NCBI GenBank assembly: GCA_030295235.1
Contig: AP026127.1
Coordinates: 620,001 to 684,000 of the forward strand
From: Fistulifera solaris
Taxonomy: Eukaryota
DNA: 64,000 nt
Direction: 5' to 3'
Shown: positions 63,429 through 64,000 of the stretch, piece by piece
How the letters are laid out: each line of letters starts with the position of its first letter
Position numbering within the stretch: the stretch's first letter is position 1
Notes under the pieces: generated by a model
Seen by the model: only the letters and a program-made list of their open reading frames with translations
Told to the model about the DNA's origin: nothing
Databases searched by the model: none
Program-made: the position numbers and the translations under genes

Positions 63429-64000
63429 CATCGTCGCTGCTTCCACGTCCTAGACCAAAACTTTTTTATGGTTCATTTTGACGGATCATCGAGCTCAGAA
63501 TCATGCATAATGTTAGGGCACTCAAATCATCGGCATAATGAACAGCGGGACCTTATCACGTAGCGACTTCGCGATGCAAAACCTCTCATCTTAATACAAC
63601 CAATCGGCCCATTAATCTTTGCAAAAGAGACGGAATCATATCACGAGCATCGTCGCAACTGAGTGTCATAATTGTGTTACGGGTACAGCTTCAAATCCTT
63701 GCTTCATGTAAAGCTCAAGTTGGCGGATCTTTGTATGATTTTGTGTACGGCATACGGCGTACGGCATGACAGCGGAGAGAATCTTTGCGCCACCAGGATG
63801 GTACGCCGATTCCATTCACCTTACTAAACCAAGTACCCAACACATTTTGTGCATTGATTTCCGTCCCACGCGGATGGCAAAATGTCGCTTTAATGCTATA
63901 TTCCGAATTTCATGACACTTGGAATGCACTCATGTCAACAATGCACCACAGCCTCAGCTGGACGACGTTACGAAACGCCTCGTGGTTAGTAAATTCAAAA

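Noticed and set aside
63600..64000. Possible gene fragment at the right edge
   Set aside because: No ORF of 60 aa or more and no recognisable motif. The window edge prevents assessment.

Overview
Gene-dense eukaryotic nuclear DNA, most likely a (pennate) diatom. This is inferred from short GT-AG introns, bipartite signal+transit peptides with F/W/L at +1, two nucleus-encoded plastid sigma-70 factors and a signal-peptide-bearing CDC48. About 28 host genes can be read. Many are split by single-base indels at homopolymers, even housekeeping genes such as COX6A, clathrin light chain and CDC48, which points to assembly error rather than pseudogenisation. The notable non-host content is: (1) a complete 5.85-kb Mutator-like element (53265-59111) with 130-bp TIRs, a 9-bp TSD, a DDE/SWIM transposase and a co-oriented Ulp1/C48 SUMO-protease domain; (2) a 191-bp non-autonomous Helitron (TC...CTAG, inserted at A|T) whose empty site survives in the neighbouring tandem-repeat copy; (3) two recurrent intergenic 9-mers, TACTCCGTA and TACCAGGTA, that look like excision footprints of TA-targeting DNA transposons, one shown to be an insertion by comparing repeat copies; (4) two arrays of the same 34-bp minisatellite, both in divergent promoter regions; (5) a dispersed repeat with a Helentron/DINE-like terminus. 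No CRISPR array, rRNA or tRNA gene was recognised. All calls were made by eye, with no database searches.
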